From a candidate division WWE3 bacterium RIFOXYB1_FULL_43_24 (GTDB lineage: Bacteria > Patescibacteriota > WWE3 > UBA101185 > UBA10185), in assembly GCA_001773135.1 (NCBI GenBank), contig MEVX01000003.1, positions 172 through 64,171 of the forward strand: a DNA stretch of 64,000 bases, read 5' to 3'. A program made the translations under genes and the position numbers. Shown here piece by piece: positions 19,881 through 28,179 of the stretch (positions are counted from its first letter, which is position 1; the number at the start of each line of letters is the position of its first letter). Below the pieces are notes generated by a model. It saw only the letters and a list, made by a program, of their open reading frames with translations, was not told the DNA's origin and searched no databases.

Positions 19881-21268
19881 TCTTTATGTGCAACTAGCAA
19901 CTGCTGCGTCCCAAGTATTACAGCATTGGTACGGAATTTATTGTACGGGAGTGAATCTACACCCCTTCTTGTTTTATTCACTAAATCACTAACCCTAATA
20001 CCAGATCTAGATATCTTCTTCCCTAAAGGGTATATGATTTTCCTACCCATGTAATCCCATACACTAAATCCTGAAACCTCGTGTAAATCAACAATAAATC
20101 CTTTTTCTCTAATCAGGTGTTCCAACTCATTAAATGTCATCTCAGAAAAATGGGTCTCATCTAAATTTTTAACCAATATGTTTTTGTTCGGTGTCGTGAT
20201 AACTATTTCCCCTCCTATTTTCAGAAAACTGGAAATATAGTCTAGGGATGTTCCTGGATTTTTTATATGTTCTATAACCTCGTTCATAATGATTGTGTCA
20301 AAAAATCCATGGGCGTACGGTATTTCAAATGATTCGTTTAACACACCCACATTTAACCCATTGCCCCTGGCGTAATCTACGGCAAAGTCGTTGGTCTCGA
20401 GACCGTATTTTTCACCACCACCCACATCAATCAGACTTAGCAAAGTACCGTACCCACATCCATAGTCAAGTACCTTTTTATCTTTAAAATCGACGACCTC
20501 CAGTATCCTTTTATGGTCTTCTCGATTAGTGTTCTGGAACCCGTACTCATACTGTTTATAATAGTCTTCCGAATATTTTGGTTTCTGAATAAATTTAACA
20601 GCAAACAGCTCAAAACTAAGCTTAGGCATCTTATAAGTTAGTAGCTGCGATACTGTGGCTATCACAAACCAAAATATTTTAGGTCTGTACCGTATAGAAA
20701 TAGCCAAGTCATCGTCCATCGAATCATTCTCTCCCTTACCTTTCCTAAGATGCTTAATCCCCGCAAGTCCAAGTACCTTTGAAAAACCGAGATTAGTCAG
20801 ATCCTCCACACTCCAACCGGATAAATGTGTTTGTAAAACGTTATTGTCTAGCACCGATTGATTAACAAATCCGTTCGGTGTGGTTATTATCAGCTTTTTC
20901 CTTGCCCACTTTTCTGCTTTCTCCAGGAGCTTTACAGCATCGGGTTTTTCCAAATGTTCTAATACCTCTATCAACAAAACTGCGTCAAAGGATTTTTCTT
21001 CAAATTCTAGATTTTTGATATCACCGAGTATAAACTCATCGTGGGTACCGTTTCTTTTAGCAACTTTTATATATTCCTCGTAACCATCAACTCCGACTGT
21101 GTGTTTCAACCACGTAATACTGGCTATAGGTGAACTTGGACCACAACCCAAGTCAAGCACGGATTCACAGTTTGATAATTCATTTCTCAAACAATAGTTT
21201 GTGGTGTGAAAGATCTTTTCGAAAAAAGGTTTCTTATAAAAAAATTTAATTAGTTCTTTTAGGCTCAT
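19877..21268 (-). CDS. Tandem di-domain class I SAM-dependent methyltransferase
   Basis: There are two complete MTase cores. The first is VLDLGCGPSS...DAVLLIEVLEHL...IITTPNGF. The second is VLDYGCGYGTL...DTIIMNEVIEHI...IVITTPNKN. Confidence 0.7.
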   Translation of the reverse strand: MSLKELIKFFYKKPFFEKIFHTTNYCLRNELSNCESVLDLGCGPSSPIASITWLKHTVGVDGYEEYIKVAKRNGTHDEFILGDIKNLEFEEKSFDAVLLIEVLEHLEKPDAVKLLEKAEKWARKKLIITTPNGFVNQSVLDNNVLQTHLSGWSVEDLTNLGFSKVLGLAGIKHLRKGKGENDSMDDDLAISIRYRPKIFWFVIATVSQLLTYKMPKLSFELFAVKFIQKPKYSEDYYKQYEYGFQNTNREDHKRILEVVDFKDKKVLDYGCGYGTLLSLIDVGGGEKYGLETNDFAVDYARGNGLNVGVLNESFEIPYAHGFFDTIIMNEVIEHIKNPGTSLDYISSFLKIGGEIVITTPNKNILVKNLDETHFSEMTFNELEHLIREKGFIVDLHEVSGFSVWDYMGRKIIYPLGKKISRSGIRVSDLVNKTRRGVDSLPYNKFRTNAVILGTQQLLVAHKE

Positions 21269-22277
21269 AATTAAAATTTATACCTCCTATAATAGCGTGG
21301 TTGACTGAATCTTTATACCAATCCACTAACCCAATAAGTATAAATGGCGGAATTATTATTGTACCAAATGCAAAAAACCAAAAATAAACACTAAATAAGT
21401 TAGAGGGTCGGTATTTTATAAGGTAAATAATCTCTCTAATAAGGTATTTGAATTTGGCGTAATTCCTTATTTGCACTAAACCTACATAATTGTTGGCAAC
21501 AAAATTCTTTATCATATGTTCTCGAAAGCCTTTCCATTCAGGCTCGGGATACACACTTTTAAATAACTCAACCCACGAAAGTAAAGGTGAGACATTATAT
21601 ATCGAGGACACGTGCCTAGTTTGACTTGTGCTAATTCTTACAGCAACATTATAATCTTTTAAGAAAACTACCGGGTGCTTCTTAAAAATAGAGGCAAAGG
21701 GGTAAACATGACATGGAAAAATATCCGAGTGGAAAGGTATATCAAAAAAGTCACTTCTAAAAGACAGGCCTGTTAGCTGATCTAATGTGGAGAACATCGT
21801 GATAATATCAGTTGGATTAGAATCCATGGTTAACACCGTGTCTTGACCTTTCTCTAGAGTTTTCTTTTTTCTTACTGGTCTAAACTCGTTACTATTAAAC
21901 CAGTAGTAAGGTCTGGTTACTGCGCCAATGTCTGGGGAAAGCTCAAATGCATTTAGTGTATTTTTTAGAGCGTCCTTCGCTACCAAGTCATCCTGGCCCA
22001 CTAGGTATAAATATTTTCCTGTTGCGTGGGCCCTAGCAAATTCTAAGTTAGTGGGGTAACCAACATTTGTGCTATTCTCAAAATATTTAATCCGCCCGTC
22101 ACCATAACTATCAATCACATCTTTTATTCCATCTCTCGAACAATCCTCACTGATGATAATCTCAAAATCTTGATACGTCTGATTCAATATACTTTCTAAA
22201 GTTTCCCTTATGACTGTGCTACCCTTATATGTAGGTATCAAAATACTAAATGTAGGTATGTTTTTCACTGCCCCCAC
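21246..22277 (-). CDS. Glycosyltransferase family 2
   Basis: The GT-A N-terminus is FSILIPTYKGSTVIRETLESILNQTYQDFEIIISEDCSRDG, with a DxD-like QDD motif. Confidence 0.7.
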   Translation of the reverse strand: MGAVKNIPTFSILIPTYKGSTVIRETLESILNQTYQDFEIIISEDCSRDGIKDVIDSYGDGRIKYFENSTNVGYPTNLEFARAHATGKYLYLVGQDDLVAKDALKNTLNAFELSPDIGAVTRPYYWFNSNEFRPVRKKKTLEKGQDTVLTMDSNPTDIITMFSTLDQLTGLSFRSDFFDIPFHSDIFPCHVYPFASIFKKHPVVFLKDYNVAVRISTSQTRHVSSIYNVSPLLSWVELFKSVYPEPEWKGFREHMIKNFVANNYVGLVQIRNYAKFKYLIREIIYLIKYRPSNLFSVYFWFFAFGTIIIPPFILIGLVDWYKDSVNHAIIGGINFNYEPKRTN

Positions 22278-23302
22278 CCCTCCCGGCTCAACTCCGCCGT
22301 CTTAAAATAACCGCCAATCCTGCCCCACCCGTACTCCCACAACGTAATCCAGCACGCAACCGGATGGAAAAACCACGCAAAATCAGCCTTTTTCAGAAAC
22401 CCCACAATAGCTTGCCCCACCACAGGCACCACCAGCAACGTATACAGCACAAACCTCACCATCCCGCCTGATTTTTTTCCTCCCAAGTCCATTTCACCCC
22501 ACCCGAACTCCCTGCCACCCTTTTTATTCAAGTGAAATAAATAGTCTTTCACTCTTCTTCTCTGTTTTCTTGCAAACTTTCCGATATCGCTTCCACAAAA
22601 AGTATGAATAATTCCATTTTTAACTTTAATAAATTTCACCGAGCCTTTTTCTTTGATCTCCGAAGCAATTATATCTATATCAAACAAGTAATCTCCTTTT
22701 ACACGCCCTTTCAAAAACCCGGTCCTAAACACAGTTCCATTGGCGCCTATAGTAGGCACCCCTCTTTTATCCAAACCCAGCAACAAATAGCCACCCATAT
22801 CTTCTTCGTCGTGTTCAACTTCCGTCCACTTTCCCGTCAGTAAATTCACCCTATCGTAGTTTCCCAAAAACATTACAAACGGATCGTTCATTCCGATTAA
22901 CGCGCAATACCTATCTATAAACCCGTCTTCTTTCCTCCAAATATACTTCCACGGTTCGCTTCCTACAGCTTCAGCATGTTTCAACAAAGGCTCAATCATC
23001 TGATTTAGCCACTCCCCATCGGGTAAAATGTTATCCGAATCAATGAGCGCAACAAATTCACCGCCAGCTGCTCTCAGCGCCGCCGCTTTTCCCGCTTCTC
23101 CCGTTTTTAATTTATTTTCAACAACAACTGCCCCATACTTTTTAGCCATTTCCACTGTTCCGTCAGTAGACCCGCCGTCTGCAACAATAATTTCGATTTT
23201 TTCAGTTGGGTAATTTTGTTTTTTAATAGATTCCAGACAATTTTCGAGTACAGAACTTGCGTTTAAAGTCGGTATTAAAATCGACACGGCCGGTTTTTCC
23301 AT
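22265..23302 (-). CDS. Glycosyltransferase family 2
   Basis: Translation carries VSILIPTLNASSVLENCLESIKKQNYPTEKIEIIVADGGSTDGT and the DSD motif. The 3' end is visibly G+C richer than the neighbouring genes. Confidence 0.7.
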   Translation of the reverse strand: MEKPAVSILIPTLNASSVLENCLESIKKQNYPTEKIEIIVADGGSTDGTVEMAKKYGAVVVENKLKTGEAGKAAALRAAGGEFVALIDSDNILPDGEWLNQMIEPLLKHAEAVGSEPWKYIWRKEDGFIDRYCALIGMNDPFVMFLGNYDRVNLLTGKWTEVEHDEEDMGGYLLLGLDKRGVPTIGANGTVFRTGFLKGRVKGDYLFDIDIIASEIKEKGSVKFIKVKNGIIHTFCGSDIGKFARKQRRRVKDYLFHLNKKGGREFGWGEMDLGGKKSGGMVRFVLYTLLVVPVVGQAIVGFLKKADFAWFFHPVACWITLWEYGWGRIGGYFKTAELSREGWGQ

Positions 23303-23321
23303 TTGTATATTGTACTACAAC

Positions 23322-23762
23322 CTAGAAAGCGAAGAGTTTATCCAGCGCGAATCCCTGTAAATACCTCGCAATAATAAAGTACGTGTACCAGTGGGCCGGA
23401 TTGGTTAAGTAATCCCACAATAAATGAAGGGTCAATCCCAAAATTAAAGGGCACCAAATATGTTTTTTCTTTGAAAAATATGCAAAGACGCCCAAGAGCA
23501 AAACAAGCTCCCAGCTATGAAAAAATATAAAGGAGGTGTTGGTTTCGTGATAATGCTGACCGGACAGAAAATCGCTTAAATTAAAATAAAAGCCTCTATG
23601 GATAAAGTAATCCAGCAGATGATCCAGATCAACAAAAAATCCTGATAATAAGGCAACTACGTAACTTGAAAGTCTTTTATATCGTTTAAAACAGAAGTAC
23701 CCGGCGACTAAAGAAAACGCCAAGTGCCCCATTTCTGTTGTTAAAAGGTACATCCTATACAT
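23322..23762 (-). CDS. Membrane-bound metal-dependent hydrolase-like protein (YdjM/DUF457-like)
   Basis: 146 aa. It carries MGHLAFSLVAG...FFVDLDHLLDYFIH, which gives the HxxxG and DxDH pattern typical of that family. Confidence 0.45.
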   Translation of the reverse strand: MYRMYLLTTEMGHLAFSLVAGYFCFKRYKRLSSYVVALLSGFFVDLDHLLDYFIHRGFYFNLSDFLSGQHYHETNTSFIFFHSWELVLLLGVFAYFSKKKHIWCPLILGLTLHLLWDYLTNPAHWYTYFIIARYLQGFALDKLFAF

Positions 23763-23830
23763 TTTACTCTACCGGACTTTTTTGGTAGACTGTCCGCAGA
23801 AAATCAATCAAATCAGGTTAAGGAGGGGAG

Positions 23831-24031
23831 ATGTGGGAGTTCGTTTTTTCTGATAGGCACGGCTTTGAAACGGCCGTAAACCGGCTAAATCATAGCGACG
23901 TGCCGTCCTGGCTTCATTCTTTGGTCGAGCTACGGATTCTAATATATTCCGCTGACGACAAGGAATTCCTGCTTCAACAGCTGGTTCTTTTGGGAGTGCC
24001 GGAAACATCGTACCGGATTAAAAAAATATGA
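23831..24031 (+). CDS. Small protein P1 (66 aa), hypothetical. Paralog of P4
   Basis: AGGAGG sits 5 nt upstream. It aligns with P4 over its full length (M..F.F...F..A..L..SD..W..S..L.I.Y...D..FL..LVLLGV...YR). Confidence 0.6.
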   Translation: MWEFVFSDRHGFETAVNRLNHSDVPSWLHSLVELRILIYSADDKEFLLQQLVLLGVPETSYRIKKI

Positions 24032-24053
24032 CTGATTGAGAAGAGGTGTACGG

Positions 24054-24278
24054 ATGCATGAATGGGTACGTTTGCGGAAGAAACAGGATATGTCAGTAAT
24101 ACAAGCTCTTCTTGACGGGATGGAAGGAAGGGATTCGGAAGGATACATAATAGACTTCTGTACCAAAAATGTCCTACCCGGCTCTGAAAGGGACACTATG
24201 AGATTTAAAGAGGTACTGACGTCCCGTGGCATTCCGTTTGGACTTAAAGCAATAAAAATGGATGAGGAGGAAAAATGA
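24054..24278 (+). CDS. Small protein P2 (~74 aa), hypothetical. Distant paralog of P7
   Basis: The ATG has GAAGAGGTG upstream. The ORF track extends it to a TTG at 24036. The stop overlaps the P3 start (ATGA). It shares ..LL...EG...E...I.....M.RFK..L with P7. Confidence 0.5.
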   Translation: MHEWVRLRKKQDMSVIQALLDGMEGRDSEGYIIDFCTKNVLPGSERDTMRFKEVLTSRGIPFGLKAIKMDEEEK

Positions 24279-24493
24279 TCGTATTCTTTGACAACCAAGA
24301 GGGCCTGACCAAAGCCATAACGGTTGGGAACAAAGTGGGAATCTGCGATTGCGAAGACTTCAGGGTCGACGCGGCTCAAAACGCAATAGTGTTTGATGAC
24401 ACTTGCGAGGTGGAAATAACCGAGTTCATTTCTGCCCTGGAAAAGAATAACAACGGATCGGAGGAACTTATATACTTTCGAGCCAGATACTAG
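24275..24493 (+). CDS. Small protein P3 (72 aa), hypothetical. Paralog of P5
   Basis: A GAGGAGG SD lies inside the P2 3' end. It aligns with P5 (M..F....L..A..G..V....VDA..N.I.FD.....FISA.....E.IYF). Confidence 0.6.
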   Translation: MIVFFDNQEGLTKAITVGNKVGICDCEDFRVDAAQNAIVFDDTCEVEITEFISALEKNNNGSEELIYFRARY

Positions 24494-24499
24494 CCCGAT

Positions 24500-24539
24500 A
24501 AGCCCGTTGTTCCAACAAAAAACAACGGGCTTTCTTTTT
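24500..24539 (+). terminator. Rho-independent terminator T1
   Basis: The stem is aagcccgttgtt / aacaacgggctt with a 9-nt loop, followed by tctttttc. It is nearly identical to T2. Confidence 0.7.
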
Positions 24540-24552
24540 CGAGGAGGGACAA

Positions 24553-24798
24553 ATGTACAACTTTTTTTTCTTTACGGAAGAAGCGTTTTCTCTAGCATTG
24601 GAGAAACTTCGTAAGAGCGATAGGAATTGGTTTTACAGCTACAAAAATCTTCTTATCAGTTTTTACGAGGGTTGCGACGCCGATTTCCTGGTAGGAGAAC
24701 TTGTTTTACTGGGAGTTTCCGGCGGGGCATACAGACTGGAGCGCCCGGAAAGGAAGAAGGGAGGAACCGAATTAAAAACTAGGGGACGTGTTAAGTAA
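24553..24798 (+). CDS. Small protein P4 (81 aa), hypothetical. Paralog of P1
   Basis: A GAGGAGGG SD is present. It carries the conserved ELVLLGV...YR block and has a basic C-terminal tail. Confidence 0.6.
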   Translation: MYNFFFFTEEAFSLALEKLRKSDRNWFYSYKNLLISFYEGCDADFLVGELVLLGVSGGAYRLERPERKKGGTELKTRGRVK

Positions 24799-24847
24799 TA
24801 CATATCTTTTTCAGACATGTAGCCGGAATAGAAAGGCAAGGGAGGAT

Positions 24848-25072
24848 ATGTACTTAATTTTTGGTTCACCTGATGATTTGCGGAGAGCGATGCGGATTGG
24901 CGAAAGGGTGCACGTGTTTGAAAGTCAGCACTACACCGTAGACGCAGAAAAAAACCGGATAAACTTTGATCGTGACATCTATCCGGAAAAAGTCCGAAGT
25001 TTTATCTCGGCTATCAGACACGTTAACTCCTGCCCTGATAAAGAACCGATTTACTTTAGTACTGCTCATTAG
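24848..25072 (+). CDS. Small protein P5 (75 aa), hypothetical. Paralog of P3
   Basis: I chose the start at the ATG preceded by GGGAGGA. The ORF track extends it upstream to 24788 without an SD. Confidence 0.55.
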   Translation: MYLIFGSPDDLRRAMRIGERVHVFESQHYTVDAEKNRINFDRDIYPEKVRSFISAIRHVNSCPDKEPIYFSTAH

Positions 25073-25097
25073 GTTAAATTTTTATTAATGAAACCTT

Positions 25098-25138
25098 AAG
25101 CCCGTTGTTTCAACAAAACACAACGGGCTTTCTTTTTT
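25098..25138 (+). terminator. Rho-independent terminator T2, a duplicate of T1
   Basis: The stem is aagcccgttgt / acaacgggctt followed by tcttttttcg. It matches T1 at almost every base. Confidence 0.7.
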
Positions 25139-25180
25139 CGGAAGGCAGTCGTGCTTGTTTAAAAGAAGGGTTTTTCAAAG

Positions 25181-25209
25181 TTGTAAACAGCCCTTTATGC
25201 TGTTAGAAT
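25181..25209 (+). promoter_or_regulatory. Sigma70-like promoter (TTGTAA, 17 nt spacer, TAGAAT) upstream of P6
   Basis: The -35 element TTGTAA is at 25181-25186 and the -10 element TAGAAT is at 25204-25209. The spacer is exactly 17 nt. This sits about 38 nt upstream of the P6 ATG. Confidence 0.5.
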
Positions 25210-25247
25210 CCCATGCAGAAAGATAATCTGGAAAAAGGAGAGAAAAT

Positions 25248-25511
25248 ATGTCCGATACGATTATAAGGCTGTTGAAAAACGGCGGGTTTGGCTATATCCG
25301 CGGGGAAGACCTCTGCAAAAGCGACACGTGTGAGTATTATGTAAGCCGGGATAACGAGTGCTTTGGTAAGCAATCAGAGACCCATAACATAATGGTCAAA
25401 CGTGCGGGCCCAATCCTGCAGGTAACAGACTCTGGTGTTGAAAAGGCAGGGTGTAAATCCATAACCCGGGAGGATCTGATGACGGGAGATTATATCTCGG
25501 TAGAAGTGTGA
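25248..25511 (+). CDS. Small protein P6 (87 aa), 4 Cys, hypothetical
   Basis: An AAAGGAGAG SD is present. It carries CKSDTC...C...C and a GFGYIRGED segment. No paralog is seen. Confidence 0.55.
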   Translation: MSDTIIRLLKNGGFGYIRGEDLCKSDTCEYYVSRDNECFGKQSETHNIMVKRAGPILQVTDSGVEKAGCKSITREDLMTGDYISVEV

Positions 25512-25563
25512 AAAGAGGCATATCTCTCAAAGGGATTCGAAACTGACTGAATAAGGGGAGGAG

Positions 25564-25797
25564 ATGAAACATTTTTTGTCCTACGACAGCGCACGTGAAA
25601 TGAAAGACTATGTGGTCAAACTGCTCCAAACCGAGGGCTACAGCACAGAATACCTCAAAATTGAAATAGTAAGGGACAAACGGGGGTTTTTCATTGAGGC
25701 ATCCTCTGAAACTGACCCACAGATGGTAACACGTTTTAAACACCTGCTACGTGAACGATTGAGAACACTTCGCAGTGCCTTAAACCTAACAATCTAG
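25564..25797 (+). CDS. Small protein P7 (77 aa), hypothetical. Distant paralog of P2
   Basis: A GGGGAGGAG SD is present. Confidence 0.55.
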   Translation: MKHFLSYDSAREMKDYVVKLLQTEGYSTEYLKIEIVRDKRGFFIEASSETDPQMVTRFKHLLRERLRTLRSALNLTI

Positions 25798-25813
25798 GTG
25801 ATGGAGGGGGAAA

Positions 25814-26107
25814 ATGCTGACTAGGATAGAAGATTTACCGAGACGTGCAGTTGCTTATGCATCAGCCTCCGCGCTGATTTTGTACAGAGGAAACCTGTAC
25901 ATAAACTTCAAAACGGGAGTCAGCTTCTCACCCGATCCGGCTACCGGCAGGACAATGCGTTTTACAACTTTGGGATCAAGCGTAGTTGTATACGACTGCA
26001 CTTTGCCCCGTGAACTTGTTGTCCGTGTACTGGATAACTGGGATATTGCAGGCATGAGCTTTCGTCCTGTCGAAATAGAAGAGAGCCTTACCGGATATTC
26101 AAACTAA
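25814..26107 (+). CDS. Small protein P8 (97 aa), hypothetical. Paralog of P9
   Basis: A GGAGGGGG SD is present. It aligns with P9 at a constant 5-residue offset (LP...., G.L.IN, TLPRE versus TLPED). Confidence 0.55.
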   Translation: MLTRIEDLPRRAVAYASASALILYRGNLYINFKTGVSFSPDPATGRTMRFTTLGSSVVVYDCTLPRELVVRVLDNWDIAGMSFRPVEIEESLTGYSN

Positions 26108-26117
26108 GAGAAAAGGA

Positions 26118-26426
26118 GTGAAAATGTTTTTTCCGAGTGTACCTCTAAGGTTGCTACCCGCAAATTCTAGGGTATTCGTATCTCCGGGGGCGTTTGTGAA
26201 ATTTGAGGGAAAACTGCACATCAACCTCAATTCCTACATAAACGACGTCTATGACCCGGACCGTTATTTTACGGTCGAAGTCACGAGGTTAGAACAGGGC
26301 GTTCTGGTAAACATGAGCACTTTACCGGAAGATTTACGCCCGCCTGAGATCAATAACAAGACAATTATCGAAAAACACTTTAACCCGATTACTAAACAGG
26401 GTTTCAGGATAGTTGACGCCTGTTAA
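26118..26426 (+). CDS. Small protein P9 (102 aa), hypothetical. Paralog of P8
   Basis: An AAAGGAG SD is present. Confidence 0.55.
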   Translation: MKMFFPSVPLRLLPANSRVFVSPGAFVKFEGKLHINLNSYINDVYDPDRYFTVEVTRLEQGVLVNMSTLPEDLRPPEINNKTIIEKHFNPITKQGFRIVDAC

Positions 26427-26433
26427 AATGCTC

Positions 26434-26477
26434 AAAGCCGCGACGTTTAATAAAATAAACCCGCGGCTTCTTTTTTA
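26434..26477. terminator. Bidirectional terminator hairpin between convergent P9 and the radical SAM gene
   Basis: The stem is aagccgcg / cgcggctt with an ~19-nt loop. It is followed by cttttttac on the plus strand, and A/T-rich sequence follows on the minus strand. Confidence 0.45.
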
Positions 26478-26514
26478 CTCAAAAGCATCCTGCCTTTTTT
26501 ACTAAATGCACGTT

Positions 26515-28125
26515 CTACTCTTTTTTTGCAGTAACACTTCCGAACATACTCTTGAGTGCATTTCCCCAAAATTTCGGTGAAGTCCAATTTACCTTTGTCT
26601 GTTCTTTATCAAAATCTAATAAATGCCCTATCAACTTCCATGCCGAATACCATAAAAATCTTACGTCGTTAAGATTTCTGACAGAAAGTATTTTTCTGAA
26701 AATATACTGCGGTGTAAAAAAAGATGAGTACAAAGATTGAGTTAATTCATACAAACGCTCGTTTGAAAAAGGAATTTTCATCACCGGTGCTCTCATATCA
26801 AATTTCTCATAATCTTTTGCGTCAACCTGCAACCAATCTTTTTCTACACATTCTTTATATAAAGGTGTGCCGGGGTAAGGAATGACGATAGTAGCCTGCA
26901 TAGTGTCTACATAACCCTTTTTAAACAAATCTTTGGCCAAGTCTATAGTCTTTTGAGCCATTTCCTCGGTCTCCCAGGGATAACCCAACATAACGGTTAT
27001 GTGAGGTTCCAAACCTGCCTTTTTAGCTATTCTGGCGCCTTCTGCAATCTCCTCTACCTTCAGTCCTTTATCCAGTTTGTCCAAAGTAAACTGATTCGCC
27101 GATTCCATTCCGTATAAAATGAATCTGAAATTGGCCTTGTTCATTAATTCGTAGTATTCGGACGTAAGGGCATTCAGTCTCATGTTGCACCCGATGACTA
27201 CTTTTTTGTTGTACCCTGACTCGATTAACAGCTCACAAAACTTTTTCAACGGTGGTCCGACAAATAAAGTTCCGGCGTCATCGAATATTTCTTTAACACC
27301 GTAGTTATCGACAACATGTTTAACTTCGGCAAAAAGTCTTTCGGGAGAAAATCTTCTATAAAAACCCTGGGGATTTAACGTGTGATCCCAGACACAAAAT
27401 GTACATCTATTCCACCAACAGTCTCTTCCCGAATACATGTAGGTCGCCGGCGTATATTTATAATTTCCGTTCGCATACGCATAGAGTTTCCATTTTGTAA
27501 GGTCGCGGTCAACAAATGGAAGGTCGTCGAGATTATGTTGAAGTTCTAAAGGACCGCTTTGAAAGTACTCTTCTTCGCCGGATATTTCAGACTTGTGCAT
27601 TTTTAACCACTTGGGATCGATTGAAACTCTTTTGTCTCCTTTTCTACCATAGATTCCACCGGGCAAAAAAGTCTTATTTTTTATGGCATCCAGCATATCG
27701 CTTAGTAAAAAGTCGTAATCACCCCCTGTAATAATGTAATCGATTTTGCAGGCATCCAGGGTTTCTATGGGGTTCCAGGTTACATGGTCTCCGACAAGAA
27801 TGATTGTCATTTCAGGGAATTTCTCTTTTAACTCGTCAATTATTTTCCAGTGAAATTTCAAAACGGGAGCTTTGGTTTCCAGCATAAGGTAATCGGGCTT
27901 TTCGTTATCGAGCTCTGTGAGCCATTCTGCGTACGTTTTTTTCTCGGCAATACCGTCCATCCACACGACATCGTATCCGCGCTCTTTGGCTAAAGAGGCT
28001 GCGTAAGCCGGTACCATGGGATATATGTATGTCGGGGCGTTGAAATACTGGAACTGTCTGTTTTGAGACAGCAGGGGCACTCCTTTGAGTTGATCTATTG
28101 GAGGATAACCTATGACTAACTTCAC
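26515..28125 (-). CDS. B12-binding-domain radical SAM protein with non-canonical CX4CX2C spacing
   Basis: The N-terminus has a Rossmann-like B12-binding fold (IGYPPI...MTIILVGDHVTW). The radical SAM core carries RDCWWNRCTFCVW. The DNA reads GGA AGA GAC TGT TGG TGG AAT AGA TGT ACA TTT TGT on the minus strand, which confirms the spacing. Confidence 0.65.
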   Translation of the reverse strand: MKLVIGYPPIDQLKGVPLLSQNRQFQYFNAPTYIYPMVPAYAASLAKERGYDVVWMDGIAEKKTYAEWLTELDNEKPDYLMLETKAPVLKFHWKIIDELKEKFPEMTIILVGDHVTWNPIETLDACKIDYIITGGDYDFLLSDMLDAIKNKTFLPGGIYGRKGDKRVSIDPKWLKMHKSEISGEEEYFQSGPLELQHNLDDLPFVDRDLTKWKLYAYANGNYKYTPATYMYSGRDCWWNRCTFCVWDHTLNPQGFYRRFSPERLFAEVKHVVDNYGVKEIFDDAGTLFVGPPLKKFCELLIESGYNKKVVIGCNMRLNALTSEYYELMNKANFRFILYGMESANQFTLDKLDKGLKVEEIAEGARIAKKAGLEPHITVMLGYPWETEEMAQKTIDLAKDLFKKGYVDTMQATIVIPYPGTPLYKECVEKDWLQVDAKDYEKFDMRAPVMKIPFSNERLYELTQSLYSSFFTPQYIFRKILSVRNLNDVRFLWYSAWKLIGHLLDFDKEQTKVNWTSPKFWGNALKSMFGSVTAKKE

Positions 28126-28179
28126 CTGAACAGTATATATAAACTATCTAATAAGTTCAAGGAGTATATAGATGGGTAT

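Noticed and set aside
23939-24379. 146-aa minus-strand ORF and 66-aa ORF (23808..24008) antisense to P1-P3
   Set aside because: The plus-strand genes have strong SDs, translational coupling and paralogs. The antisense frames are spurious.
25396-25743. 115-aa minus-strand ORF antisense to P6/P7
   Set aside because: It has no SD and lies antisense to two SD-led, paralog-supported genes.
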